DNA of 64,000 bases from Gemmatimonadaceae bacterium. Lineage in GTDB: Bacteria; Gemmatimonadota; Gemmatimonadetes; Gemmatimonadales; Gemmatimonadaceae. Where the stretch lies: NCBI GenBank assembly GCA_033763905.1, contig JANRJP010000009.1:1-64000 (forward strand), in the 5' to 3' direction. The translations under genes were made by a program, and so were the position numbers. The notes under the pieces were generated by a model. That model did not search any database. It saw only the letters and a program-made list of their open reading frames with translations, and was not told the origin of the DNA. Positions 11,683 through 20,741 of the stretch are shown piece by piece; within the stretch, counting starts at the first letter, position 1, and each line of letters opens with the position of its first letter.

Positions 11683-13923
11683 GTGACCGACGCGCTGCTG
11701 CGCGATCGGGTCATTGCGGCCATCGGCGATCGCTACGACATCATCCGGGAGCTGGGCCGCGGCGCGTTGTCGGTGGTGTACGCGGGCCGCGATGTGCGCC
11801 TCGATCGCCCCGTCGCGGTCAAGGTGCTGCCGCCAGACGCGGCATTCCGGCCGGAGGTGCGCGCGCGGTTTCTGCGTGAAGCGCAAATGGCGGCGCGCTT
11901 GGCGCACCCGAACATCGTGCCGATCTACGCCGTCGACGACGAGGCCGGCATCGTCAGCATCGTGATGGCGCAGGTCGAAGGGGAGTCACTCAAGTCGGCG
12001 CTCGCCACGAGACCGCAACCGTCGGTCGTCACCGTGTTGCGCCTGCTGCGCGACGTATCCGACGCCTTGGGCTTCGCCCACGCGCAGGGCGTCGTGCACC
12101 GCGACGTGAAGCCCGACAACATCCTGATCGAGCGGGCGACCGGGCGGGCGCTGGTGACCGACTTCGGGATCGCGCGCGCGATGGAAGGCGGTGACCAGGT
12201 CACGGTCACCGGCGTTGCCGTTGGGACGCCCGCGTATATGAGTCCCGAGCAGGCGATGGGTGAGCGCGCGGTGGACGGTCGCACCGATGTGTACGCCCTC
12301 GGCGTCGTGGCGTACGAGATGCTCGCGGGTGAATTGCCGTTCAAGGCGACGAATACGCCGTCGATGCTGATGAAACACGTCGGCGAGCCCGTGCCGTCGC
12401 TTGCGGCGAAGCGGCCCGATCTGCCACCGGCGCTGGTTGCGCTGGTCGAGCGCGCGCTCGCGAAGAAGCCCGAGCAGCGCTTTGCCGACGGTCGTGCGCT
12501 GCGCGTGGCGCTCGATGCCGTCGGCGACGGGCACGCGGTCGCGGGTCGCGTGACGCCAGTGCCGGTGCGTCCCGTTGCGGCGGCGGCAGCGGTGGAGGTC
12601 GCGTCGGCCGTGGCACAGGATCGCGGCGCGCCGCTTGGCGCCGTGTTGCCACCGGAGGCGCCGTTTCCGCAGTTCCCAGTGCACGGCGATGCGACTGCGA
12701 GAGACGAATGGCGTCGTGCGACCAAGGCGTGGCGCCAGGCTATGCAGGCGCAAGGGGCCGCGGTGGTGCGAGCCGAGGCACAGGGCCGGGCGGCGCTGGC
12801 ACCGGCGTCGCCCGAGGATGAGGATCCCGCCCTCACGATGTCGCGCCGACTGCGGAAGTTCCGCCGGTCGGTCTGGAATTGGGGGTTGTGGTCGTTCGCG
12901 CTGATCGGCTTCAATGCGATGACGGTACCGTTTCCCTGGTCCGTGTTTCCGGTGTACATCGGGCTCCAGAAGCTGCGCCGCGAGGCCGACGAGATTCGCG
13001 ATCTCGGCGGGCGTCCGTGGGCGGCAGTGTTCGGCCGCGGTGACGCGCAGGTGGCCACGATTCCGCGCGAGATCGCCGAGGGCGGCGAGGCCGCGGTCGA
13101 GCTTCGGGTGGAGCGCTTCCGTCGTGCAGCGACGATGACGGGCATCGGCGCGTCATCGGCCGCGGCGTTGGCGGGCTTGAGCGCCGCGACCGGCGCCGAG
13201 CCGTTGGCGGCGTTCTTCGGCATCTCCGTCATCGTGACGATGATGACCGCCGTGACGACCGCGCGGCGCGCGCTCGACGTGCGCGCGCTGGGCATTCGGC
13301 TGCGCGATGCGTGGCGTGGCACGTGGCGAGCCGCGATCGGGCGCGAGAATCCGGTGTTGGCCGGTCAGCTGGCCGAATCGGCAGCCAAGAAGCTGCTGCC
13401 GAGCGATGTCGCGCAGGGCCCGTACGCCGATGTGGTACGACAGGCGACGGCGGATCGTGTCGCGATTCTGGAAACCATCGCGCGCTTGAGCCCGACGGAT
13501 CGCGGGTTGCTGCCCGACGTACTGCCGACCGTGCAACACCTCGAAGGGCGCATTCTCACGCTGGCCACGTCGCTGCACCGGATGAGCGGGGACGTCACGC
13601 CAGCGCAGCAAGCCAGTGTCGAGGAGCGAATCGCGGCCGCGTACGCGCAACCCGAGAGCGCGGAACGCGACCGGACGATCGCCTTGCTCACTCGGCAGCG
13701 CGAATCGCTCGCGGAGCTCGCCGGTCGACGCACGACGATGCAGTCGCAACTCGAGAGCGCGGCGTTGCTGCTGACGACCCTCAAGCTGGATCTGCTCCGC
13801 CTGCGTTCGGTGGGCATCGAGACGGCGCTGCCCGACGTCACCTCGGCGACGCAGGAAGCCCGCGCGCTGTCGCGCGATATCGGCGTGGCGCTCGGTGTCG
13901 CGGAGGAAATGCGGAAGCTCTGA
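11683..13923 (+). CDS. Hanks-type Ser/Thr kinase, paralogue of upstream kinase
   Basis: GRGALSVV, VAVK, HRDVKPDN, DFG and GTPAYMSPE motifs; TM segments. C-terminal LKLDLLRLR resembles the upstream LRFDVLRLK. Starts 3 nt after the upstream stop. Confidence 0.9.
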   Translation: MTDALLRDRVIAAIGDRYDIIRELGRGALSVVYAGRDVRLDRPVAVKVLPPDAAFRPEVRARFLREAQMAARLAHPNIVPIYAVDDEAGIVSIVMAQVEGESLKSALATRPQPSVVTVLRLLRDVSDALGFAHAQGVVHRDVKPDNILIERATGRALVTDFGIARAMEGGDQVTVTGVAVGTPAYMSPEQAMGERAVDGRTDVYALGVVAYEMLAGELPFKATNTPSMLMKHVGEPVPSLAAKRPDLPPALVALVERALAKKPEQRFADGRALRVALDAVGDGHAVAGRVTPVPVRPVAAAAAVEVASAVAQDRGAPLGAVLPPEAPFPQFPVHGDATARDEWRRATKAWRQAMQAQGAAVVRAEAQGRAALAPASPEDEDPALTMSRRLRKFRRSVWNWGLWSFALIGFNAMTVPFPWSVFPVYIGLQKLRREADEIRDLGGRPWAAVFGRGDAQVATIPREIAEGGEAAVELRVERFRRAATMTGIGASSAAALAGLSAATGAEPLAAFFGISVIVTMMTAVTTARRALDVRALGIRLRDAWRGTWRAAIGRENPVLAGQLAESAAKKLLPSDVAQGPYADVVRQATADRVAILETIARLSPTDRGLLPDVLPTVQHLEGRILTLATSLHRMSGDVTPAQQASVEERIAAAYAQPESAERDRTIALLTRQRESLAELAGRRTTMQSQLESAALLLTTLKLDLLRLRSVGIETALPDVTSATQEARALSRDIGVALGVAEEMRKL

Positions 13924-13953
13924 GTCGCGCGGGCGCCGGCGCGCGCGACTCAG
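13920..13953. terminator. 12-bp hairpin between convergent genes, including both stop codons
   Basis: CTGAGTCGCGCG-N10-CGCGCGACTCAG. Confidence 0.5.
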
Positions 13954-14561
13954 TTCGTGCGGCGTCCGACCGGTGGCGAATCGAGATAGTAGGGGCCGGG
14001 GACCAGCGTCCAGCGTTCGCGGCCGTTGTAGGCGCCGATGAACGCGCCGAGCGCCCCGCCGATGATCGCCCCCGGCACCGCATTGCGACCCACTTCCCGC
14101 AGCGTCGGATTGAACTGCTGCGACCCCGAGATGCCGAACAGCAGTCCGCCGCCGAGGGCGCCGAAGGTCGCGTAGCGAATCACCGCGCCGGTGCGCTGCA
14201 CGCCGTTCGACACCCAGGCTTGGCGCACATCCCCGACCCGCACGCGCACGCGGCGGAACTGCTCAACCGGCACCGTGCCGCCGTCGAACAGTCCACGCCG
14301 CTCGCGCGGCAGCATCGTGTCGAGCACGACGAGATCGCCAATCAACGAGTCGACGACGCCGATGATTTCGTATTGGCCGAACACCGGCGCGCCGATCTTG
14401 AGTCGGCGGCCGAGTACGAAGGGTTCCTGGCGCGGATCGACCGGGACCTCGGCCGGCGCCTGCGCCGCGCTGGTGGACAGCGCCACGGGCAACGCCGCAA
14501 TGGTGGCGAGCAGGCGGATCCCGCGCATCCACGCGCGGCCGGGAGCGGGGCGAACGTTCAT
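13950..14561 (-). CDS. Hypothetical exported protein with glycine-zipper TM hairpin
   Basis: Signal peptide, beta-rich segment ending DVRQAWVS, Gly-zipper helices FGALGGGLLFG and GAIIGGALGAFIG. ATGA overlap with the upstream gene. Confidence 0.75.
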   Translation of the reverse strand: MNVRPAPGRAWMRGIRLLATIAALPVALSTSAAQAPAEVPVDPRQEPFVLGRRLKIGAPVFGQYEIIGVVDSLIGDLVVLDTMLPRERRGLFDGGTVPVEQFRRVRVRVGDVRQAWVSNGVQRTGAVIRYATFGALGGGLLFGISGSQQFNPTLREVGRNAVPGAIIGGALGAFIGAYNGRERWTLVPGPYYLDSPPVGRRTN

Positions 14562-14881
14562 CCGTCGCGGAGTTCGTCGAGGCGAGCCTCGAGTTCGTTG
14601 GCCATTCCCGTGTGTCCAAATCGCAACGACGCAGAAATGCCCTTCTGGAACGCGTCGATCGCCTCGGACGTGCGCCCGAGCTGGGCGAGCGCGTCCGCGT
14701 ACCGCCCCCAGCCGTTGCCTTCGTCGTCGTAGCGCGCGAGATAGGCCGCGTAGTGCTCGGCGGCCGCGCCGGCATCGCCGACCTTGAGCAACTCGTTCGC
14801 GAGCCCGAAGCGCGCGAGCGCGTTGTCCGGATTCTTGGTCACCATCGCGCGAAGGGCGTCCACGCGGGAAGGAGCGGTCAT
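14558..14881 (-). CDS. Small TPR protein
   Basis: NPDNALARFGLANELL...GWGRYADALAQLGR TPR pattern. ATG at 14881 overlaps the upstream stop. Confidence 0.8.
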   Translation of the reverse strand: MTAPSRVDALRAMVTKNPDNALARFGLANELLKVGDAGAAAEHYAAYLARYDDEGNGWGRYADALAQLGRTSEAIDAFQKGISASLRFGHTGMANELEARLDELRDG

Positions 14882-15672
14882 TCGTCGAACTGGGAGTGGA
14901 CCACGTCCGCGAAAGCCTGCGGAGCGTCGTCGGTCACGAAGTGGCCTGCATTGTCCAATATGTGCACGGACGAGGCGCCGCACATCTCGGCGAAACGGCG
15001 AACCTCGCCCGGGGGGTTCCACGGATCCCGCGCGCCGCCGATGACGGCGATCCGGCTCGTCACACGTCCGTCGCCGAGCAGCAGCGGATCGCTCCCGCTG
15101 GACGCGATCTCGCGGAGATGGCGTTCAATGGATGCATCGTCCAGGGGCCGTAGCCACGCCGCGACTTCGGCGCGCCGACCGGCGGCCGGCTCGTGCGTCC
15201 AGCCCCGCCGCAGCGCCCGTCGCAAGGCGAAGCGACGCAGCGAGGCCGGTGCGCGTCGGGCCGCGACGCCCAGCTTCAAGGCGCGCGTTGGCGATGCCGG
15301 CGGGGAGACGAGCACCAACTGGGTGAATCGCTCCGGCTGCGCCGCCGCGGTTCGCAGCGCCACCAAGGCGCCGAGGTCGTGCGCGACGAGCGCGGCGCGC
15401 GTGACACCGAGTTGGTCGAGGACGAGCCCGAGTCGTGTGGCGTGGCCCGCGACCGAGACATCGTGTCCGCCCACCGGATCGCTGCGGCCGAAGCCGAGCA
15501 GATCGAGGCAGAGCAGCCGGTGGCCCTCGGGGAGGCGGCCGAGTACCGGCTGCCAGATCCGCGACGAGGTCGGGAACCCGTGGAGGAACACCATCGGGTC
15601 CCCGCGGCCTCGACGGCCGGCAGCAAAGCAATAGACGCGTGCGCCGGCAACGTCGAGAAATTCGCCCTTCAT
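14878..15672 (-). CDS. Alpha/beta hydrolase (Asp nucleophile; epoxide hydrolase/dehalogenase-like)
   Basis: FLHGFP oxyanion motif, DLLGFGRS, AHDLGA nucleophile elbow, C-terminal AGHF. Confidence 0.85.
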   Translation of the reverse strand: MKGEFLDVAGARVYCFAAGRRGRGDPMVFLHGFPTSSRIWQPVLGRLPEGHRLLCLDLLGFGRSDPVGGHDVSVAGHATRLGLVLDQLGVTRAALVAHDLGALVALRTAAAQPERFTQLVLVSPPASPTRALKLGVAARRAPASLRRFALRRALRRGWTHEPAAGRRAEVAAWLRPLDDASIERHLREIASSGSDPLLLGDGRVTSRIAVIGGARDPWNPPGEVRRFAEMCGASSVHILDNAGHFVTDDAPQAFADVVHSQFDE

Positions 15673-15705
15673 CGAGCGAACCGCCTGTTGTGGGTCAGGT
15701 GTGCG

Positions 15706-16146
15706 TCAGGGCTTGGTCTTCGGTGCCGCCTTGCCGTGTTCCATCCCGTGCTCGCCGGCGAGGTGCGCCTTGAGTGCGGCGTCGTAGGCTGCCTGCTGTG
15801 ATGGGTTGAGTGCGGCGCGGAAGGCCGCGTGCTCGGCGTCCATCATCCGCTGCAGTTCCGCCTTGAGCGCCGGGTCGGTGTCCGGCGACTTGCCGGCGGC
15901 CTTCCAGGACTTCTTCGCGGCATCCATCTGCGAATGGGCGTCGTGGTGGAGCGACGCGATCTTCTTCTCCTGCTCCGGGCTCAATTGCAGCGAGCGCATC
16001 CACTTCGGCACCATCGGGCCCATCGCCGCCGGCTGTGCGGCGGTCGCGGTGGTCTGCGCCGCGAGCGGTGCCACGGCGAACGGTGCGGAAACGCACGGGG
16101 CCGCGACCAGCGCGGCAACGAGAGCAGAGCGAACGGCGGCGATCAT
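15706..16146 (-). CDS. Periplasmic Spy/CpxP-like helical protein
   Basis: Signal peptide; LQLSPEQ and LNPSQQ (LTxxQ-like motifs); His/Met-rich. Start at ATG 16146. Confidence 0.7.
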   Translation of the reverse strand: MIAAVRSALVAALVAAPCVSAPFAVAPLAAQTTATAAQPAAMGPMVPKWMRSLQLSPEQEKKIASLHHDAHSQMDAAKKSWKAAGKSPDTDPALKAELQRMMDAEHAAFRAALNPSQQAAYDAALKAHLAGEHGMEHGKAAPKTKP

Positions 16147-16405
16147 TGGTGACTCAGGGTCTGAGTGACGAGACAGTGGCCGCACGAGACACGCGTGGGG
16201 GAATCCGCACGAGGTCGCGGCGGGACAGGGTGAAGATGCTACCCTGCGCGGCTTGCGGGGAGCCACCGTCGTGGGGAGTCGGCTAACTCATTGCAGCAGA
16301 ACGCCTTGCCGTCGGGTCTCTAGCGGGGGGCCAGCGGCAGTCGTATCGTAGCGAAGTCGCCCGCTGGTTCGCGGGTGACGGTGTGGCCCAGACCCAGGAT
16401 CTCGT

Positions 16406-17578
16406 GTGACCTCGCCGCTCTCGGCAGACTTCGACCTCCCGGCCCCTCCGCCGCCGCCGCCCCCGCCACCACCTCCGCCGCCACCTCCGCCGGAGCCAGT
16501 GGTCGTTCCGGTGGGCTGGATCCTCGATCACGCGGCAGCACCAATCCAGTATCGAACCATCATCGAGCTACTGAAGGGGTCGGCGCCGCCGCCGTCGACT
16601 TGGGAGTCGCTCGTGTACGGCTTCAAGCCGGCGCTCGAAATCGCGCTCACGCAGCGGCCGGACGCCACGTGGAGCGGAACGATGCTCACCCTCCCCTCGG
16701 CCAAGGGGACGCTGGCTGATGGTCTCGGCACCATTCACGCCGTGCGCCGTCTGCTGGAGTACGGCTGGACCCGCGAGGCGCCGCCGATCGATCACGCCCG
16801 CCGCGTGCTGTTCCGCCTGCTCGCCGAAGACGACGATCCGGCGAACGCCTACGAACTCGCACCGAAACCGTCGAAGCATCCTGATATCGACGCCATCCGG
16901 CGCGCGCGGCAAATCGTCCGCGAAGCGGCCGGGATGGTGCTGGCGCAGGCCGGCTACGAAGCGGATCCGCGCGTGCGCGGCGCGGCGCAGCGGATGCTCA
17001 CGCGGCTGACCAACTACCTGCGCTCGCCACTGGCCCTCAAGCCGTGGGTGCGGGTGGGCAACAAGCAGGTGCTGGCGGCGGAAGCGGCGCCGCCCAGCGT
17101 GTTCGCGCTCTGGATGTTCGCCTTTATGCCGCACTTTCGGCACGAGCATCACGATCAGTTCGAAACGCTCTCGCGGCATCTGTTGCAGCCGCTGCCGCGG
17201 CAGGAGCCGGTGCAGATCGTCGGCGAGGCGCTCGTCGAGCAGCCGCATCTCGTGCTGGGTGACGAGTTGCCGCACCGCAACGCGGTGGATGCCGATGTCC
17301 CCAAGGCGCTGGGCTGGCTCGAGCTGATGGCGCGACTCGGGTTCCTCAAAAAGAGCGAGCAGTGGACCAAGCTCTTCGAGCGATTCCTCGACGATCGCGA
17401 CGCGGATGGCGTGTGGCGGCCGGGCAAGGGCGCGTCTCCGCTCAAGTCGCACGACCCGTACGGCTGGGCGATGTATGGCCTGCAGCCGGCGGGTGAGGGC
17501 GAGGGGCGGGCTGCCGATGTCACGTTCCGGTTGGGTCTCATCGCGCGGCTCTCGGGACGGCCGATCGAGATCGGCTAG
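16406..17578 (+). CDS. Hypothetical protein (possible alpha/alpha-toroid fold) with N-terminal polyproline
   Basis: Long ORF with QRPDATW and RDADGVW (QW-like) motifs and 16 consecutive Pro near the N-terminus. Confidence 0.7.
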   Translation: MTSPLSADFDLPAPPPPPPPPPPPPPPPPEPVVVPVGWILDHAAAPIQYRTIIELLKGSAPPPSTWESLVYGFKPALEIALTQRPDATWSGTMLTLPSAKGTLADGLGTIHAVRRLLEYGWTREAPPIDHARRVLFRLLAEDDDPANAYELAPKPSKHPDIDAIRRARQIVREAAGMVLAQAGYEADPRVRGAAQRMLTRLTNYLRSPLALKPWVRVGNKQVLAAEAAPPSVFALWMFAFMPHFRHEHHDQFETLSRHLLQPLPRQEPVQIVGEALVEQPHLVLGDELPHRNAVDADVPKALGWLELMARLGFLKKSEQWTKLFERFLDDRDADGVWRPGKGASPLKSHDPYGWAMYGLQPAGEGEGRAADVTFRLGLIARLSGRPIEIG

Positions 17579-17612
17579 GCAGCGGGACGCGGGCGACGCG
17601 TAAATTGCGCGC

Positions 17613-18518
17613 GTGCCCTTCCGTCTCCCTCCGGAGCAGTGGTTTCCCGCCGGCGTCGCGTCGCTGGCGGCGCGCGTCGTCGTCCGGCCCGACGGGACTC
17701 GGCTCCGCGTCGTCGAGACGCAGGGCGGCGATGGCCCGCCCCTGCTGTTCGTGCACGGCTGGGGCTGCTCCGCCTTCACGTGGCGCCACATTCTCCCGCG
17801 CGTGGTTGCCGCGGGCCGGCGCGGCGTCGCGATCGATCTGCCGGGCCACGGGCTCTCCGACAAGCCGGAGGCCGAGTCGGCCTACACGATTGGCGAGATG
17901 GCTCGGGCCGTGCGCGACCTGATCGAGGTCGAAGGCTGGGACGAGGTGGCCTTGGTCGGGCACTCGATGGGCGGCGGCATTTCGCGGGATGTGGCGTTGG
18001 CGGTGCCGTCGCGCATTGTCGCGCTCGCCCTGCTGGCTCCCGCCGGCTTCGGCCGAATTCGGCGGCTGGCGACCGGTCGCGCCCTGTCGCCCGACTGGAC
18101 GGTACCATTGCTCACGCCACTGGCGGTGCCGCGCTGGGCCGTGCGCCGCTCGATGCAGCGCACCTACGGCGCCCGCGGCGGCTTTACCGAAGCGGAAGTC
18201 GACGAGTACTGGTCGCCAACGCAGTTCCCCGGGTTTTTGCGCGCCTCGCGGCACCTGCTGCACCACTTCGCGTGGGATCCGCCGCCGGCGTCCGCGTTTG
18301 CGGCGCTTCGCGACACGCCGATTCTGATGCTCCTGGGCGGGATGGATCGGGTGGTGGTCTCGCGGGATGTGGCGCGATACGCGGAGCAGGTGCCGCACGC
18401 CGAGGTGGTGTGGCTCCCCGAGGCGGGGCACGCGCTCCACGAGGATTCGCCGGCCGACACGTGGCGACACCTCGATGCCTTGCTCCGTGCGGCGGACGCT
18501 ACCTTGCGGACACGATGA
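17613..18518 (+). CDS. Alpha/beta hydrolase (Ser nucleophile)
   Basis: FVHGWG, DLPGHGLS, GHSMGG and AGHALH motifs. Confidence 0.9.
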   Translation: MPFRLPPEQWFPAGVASLAARVVVRPDGTRLRVVETQGGDGPPLLFVHGWGCSAFTWRHILPRVVAAGRRGVAIDLPGHGLSDKPEAESAYTIGEMARAVRDLIEVEGWDEVALVGHSMGGGISRDVALAVPSRIVALALLAPAGFGRIRRLATGRALSPDWTVPLLTPLAVPRWAVRRSMQRTYGARGGFTEAEVDEYWSPTQFPGFLRASRHLLHHFAWDPPPASAFAALRDTPILMLLGGMDRVVVSRDVARYAEQVPHAEVVWLPEAGHALHEDSPADTWRHLDALLRAADATLRTR

Positions 18519-19705
18519 CTGACGACGCCACGACGATCGCCGAACCGGCGACCGAGCCCGCTGCCCCCGAACCCACAACGACATTCCGCGCCCTCGGACT
18601 CGCGCCGCCGTTGCTCGAGGCGATCGACGCCTTGGGGTACAAGGCGCCGACACCGATCCAGGCGCAGGCGATTCCGCTCGTGCTCAAGGGGCGCGACGTG
18701 ATGGGTCTCGCCCAGACGGGCACGGGCAAGACCGCCGCGTTCACGCTGCCGATTCTGCATCGGCTGCTGGGCGGGCCACATCGCACGCGGGCGGTGATTC
18801 TGTCGCCGACGCGCGAACTCTGCCTGCAGATCGAGCAGAGTGTGCGGCAGTACGCCGCGGGCTCCGGACTGGATGTGGTGTCGATCTACGGCGGCGTGGG
18901 CTACGAGGCGCAGGAAGCCGCGTTGCGCGATGGCGTCGACATCATCGCGGCCACGCCGGGCCGCCTGATGGATCACCTCGAAAAGCAGAACGTCGTCTTC
19001 GACGACCTCGAAGTGCTGGTGCTGGACGAGGCGGACCGGATGCTCGATATGGGCTTTGCGCCGCAGATCCAGACGATCGTGTCGCAGTGCCCGAGCTGGC
19101 GGCAAACCTTGCTCTTCAGCGCAACGATGGCCCCCGAGATCGAAGTGCTCGCGCGGAAGTACCTGCGCAAGCCGGTGGTCGTGCAGGTGGGGCGCCGGTC
19201 GCAAGCGGCCGCGACGGTGCGGCACGTGGTGTATCCGGTCCCGCGCCACAAGAAGACCGCGCTGCTCGCCGAACTGCTCACGACCGAGGCCACCGATGGC
19301 CCGGTGCTGGTGTTCACCCGTACCAAGGCTGGCGCGGATCGCGTGGTCGATGACCTGGCCGATGCCGGCATTGCCGCGCACGGGATGCACGCCGACAAGG
19401 GGCAGGCCCAGCGGCAGCAGGCGCTCGAGGATTTCAAGGAAGGTCGCGTGCGGGTGCTCGTGGCCACCGACATCGCGCAGCGCGGCCTCGACATTTCGGG
19501 CATCACCCACGTCGTGAACTTCGATGTGCCGCAGCAGGCCGAAGACTACGTGCACCGCATCGGGCGCACGGGGCGAGCGGCCACGACCGGCGACGCCATC
19601 ACCCTGATGTGCGCAGACGAAATCGGCACGGTGCGATTGATCGAGCGGGTCTTGGGGCAGGAGATCCCCCGCGTGTCGCGCCCCGGCTTCGACTTCGGCT
19701 CCTGA
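18515..19705 (+). CDS. rhlE: DEAD-box RNA helicase (RhlE-like)
   Basis: Q motif GYKAPTPIQ, AQTGTGKT, PTREL, TPGRL, DEAD, SAT, ATDIAQRGLD, HRIGRTGR. ATG at 18515 overlaps the upstream stop. Confidence 0.93.
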   Translation: MTDDATTIAEPATEPAAPEPTTTFRALGLAPPLLEAIDALGYKAPTPIQAQAIPLVLKGRDVMGLAQTGTGKTAAFTLPILHRLLGGPHRTRAVILSPTRELCLQIEQSVRQYAAGSGLDVVSIYGGVGYEAQEAALRDGVDIIAATPGRLMDHLEKQNVVFDDLEVLVLDEADRMLDMGFAPQIQTIVSQCPSWRQTLLFSATMAPEIEVLARKYLRKPVVVQVGRRSQAAATVRHVVYPVPRHKKTALLAELLTTEATDGPVLVFTRTKAGADRVVDDLADAGIAAHGMHADKGQAQRQQALEDFKEGRVRVLVATDIAQRGLDISGITHVVNFDVPQQAEDYVHRIGRTGRAATTGDAITLMCADEIGTVRLIERVLGQEIPRVSRPGFDFGS

Positions 19706-19712
19706 GGCACCA

Positions 19713-20168
19713 ATGGCGCTCGCCACGCTCTTCGACGCCACCGACGCCGCCCGATTGCTGGCGCGCTTCCAGTCGATTCCGGCGGATCGCTCGCCGCAGT
19801 GGGGGCGAATGACGGCGCCGAAGATGGTGGTGCACTGCACCGAGGCATTGCGGATGGCCACCGGCGAGCTGCCCGTGCGGATGGTGCCGCTGGGCCGCGT
19901 GGTGCAGTTCTCCGGCCTCGGGCCGCTGCTGGCGCGCCGGATGCCGTTCCCGAAGAGCGCCCCGACGCACCCGAAGCTGCTGGCGCGTGCGCCGTCGGCC
20001 TACGGCGACGAGTTGGCGCAGTTGGCCGCCGCCTTTCGGGCCTTTGCGAGCAAGCCGCACACCGACCGCTGGGCAGCGCATCCGCTGTTCGGACCGCTCG
20101 GCGCGCGCGACTGGGGCATTCTGGCCGCGCGGCATCTGGAGCATCATCTGGTGCAATTCGGCGCCTGA
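19713..20168 (+). CDS. DUF1569/DinB-like protein
   Basis: PQWGRMTAPKMVVHC...HPLFG...RHLEHHLVQFG pattern. Confidence 0.85.
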   Translation: MALATLFDATDAARLLARFQSIPADRSPQWGRMTAPKMVVHCTEALRMATGELPVRMVPLGRVVQFSGLGPLLARRMPFPKSAPTHPKLLARAPSAYGDELAQLAAAFRAFASKPHTDRWAAHPLFGPLGARDWGILAARHLEHHLVQFGA

Positions 20169-20169
20169 G

Positions 20170-20595
20170 TCACCGCGCGCGGCCGAGTCGCGACACGACG
20201 ACCGAATCGCGCGCGTCGCCGCGACGCAGCTCGATGCTCACATTGGCCGCGCCGACGCCCAGGCCGTCTGCGCCGTAGGCGATGGCGCTCCGATTGGCCC
20301 GCAGCGTGACGCCGTAGGCCTCGGCGAGCGACCGGGTGATGTGCCACGCCGCCGATTCGGCACGGACGGACCCGTCGGTCGCGAAGCGGATGGTGACCGT
20401 GGTCTGATGGGCGACGGCTCGCCATCGGGCGGCGGCCAGCAGCAGGTGCAGGTCATCCCGGGCCTGTCGCACGGCCCAGCGCGCGTGCAACGGGCGCAAC
20501 GCGGGCCACGCGCTGGCCGCGACGAGGCCGACGATTCCGAGCACGAGCAGCAATTCCAGCAACGTGACGCCAAGGCGGCGGTGGGCGCGTGGCAT
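20170..20595 (-). CDS. Prepilin-type (GspH/FimT-like) minor pilin
   Basis: G|VTLLELLLVLGIVG class III signal; C-terminal VVVSRLGRAR typical of FimT/GspH. Confidence 0.8.
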   Translation of the reverse strand: MPRAHRRLGVTLLELLLVLGIVGLVAASAWPALRPLHARWAVRQARDDLHLLLAAARWRAVAHQTTVTIRFATDGSVRAESAAWHITRSLAEAYGVTLRANRSAIAYGADGLGVGAANVSIELRRGDARDSVVVSRLGRAR

Positions 20596-20741
20596 TCGGG
20601 CAGCGTAGTGACGCGGCTGTTGCCGAGGCGGGGCGAATCGTTGCACGAAGGGCGCAAATGATTGAATCATCGCGGTCCGGTCCGTAGCATCCCGAGATCG
20701 CGGCACGGTGCTGCGAACCATTCTTTACGAGAGCGTTCTTC

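Noticed and set aside
17639..18514. Apparent long N-terminal extension of the DEAD-box helicase
   Set aside because: It is an off-frame read of the upstream hydrolase. The real start is ATG 18515, overlapping the hydrolase stop.
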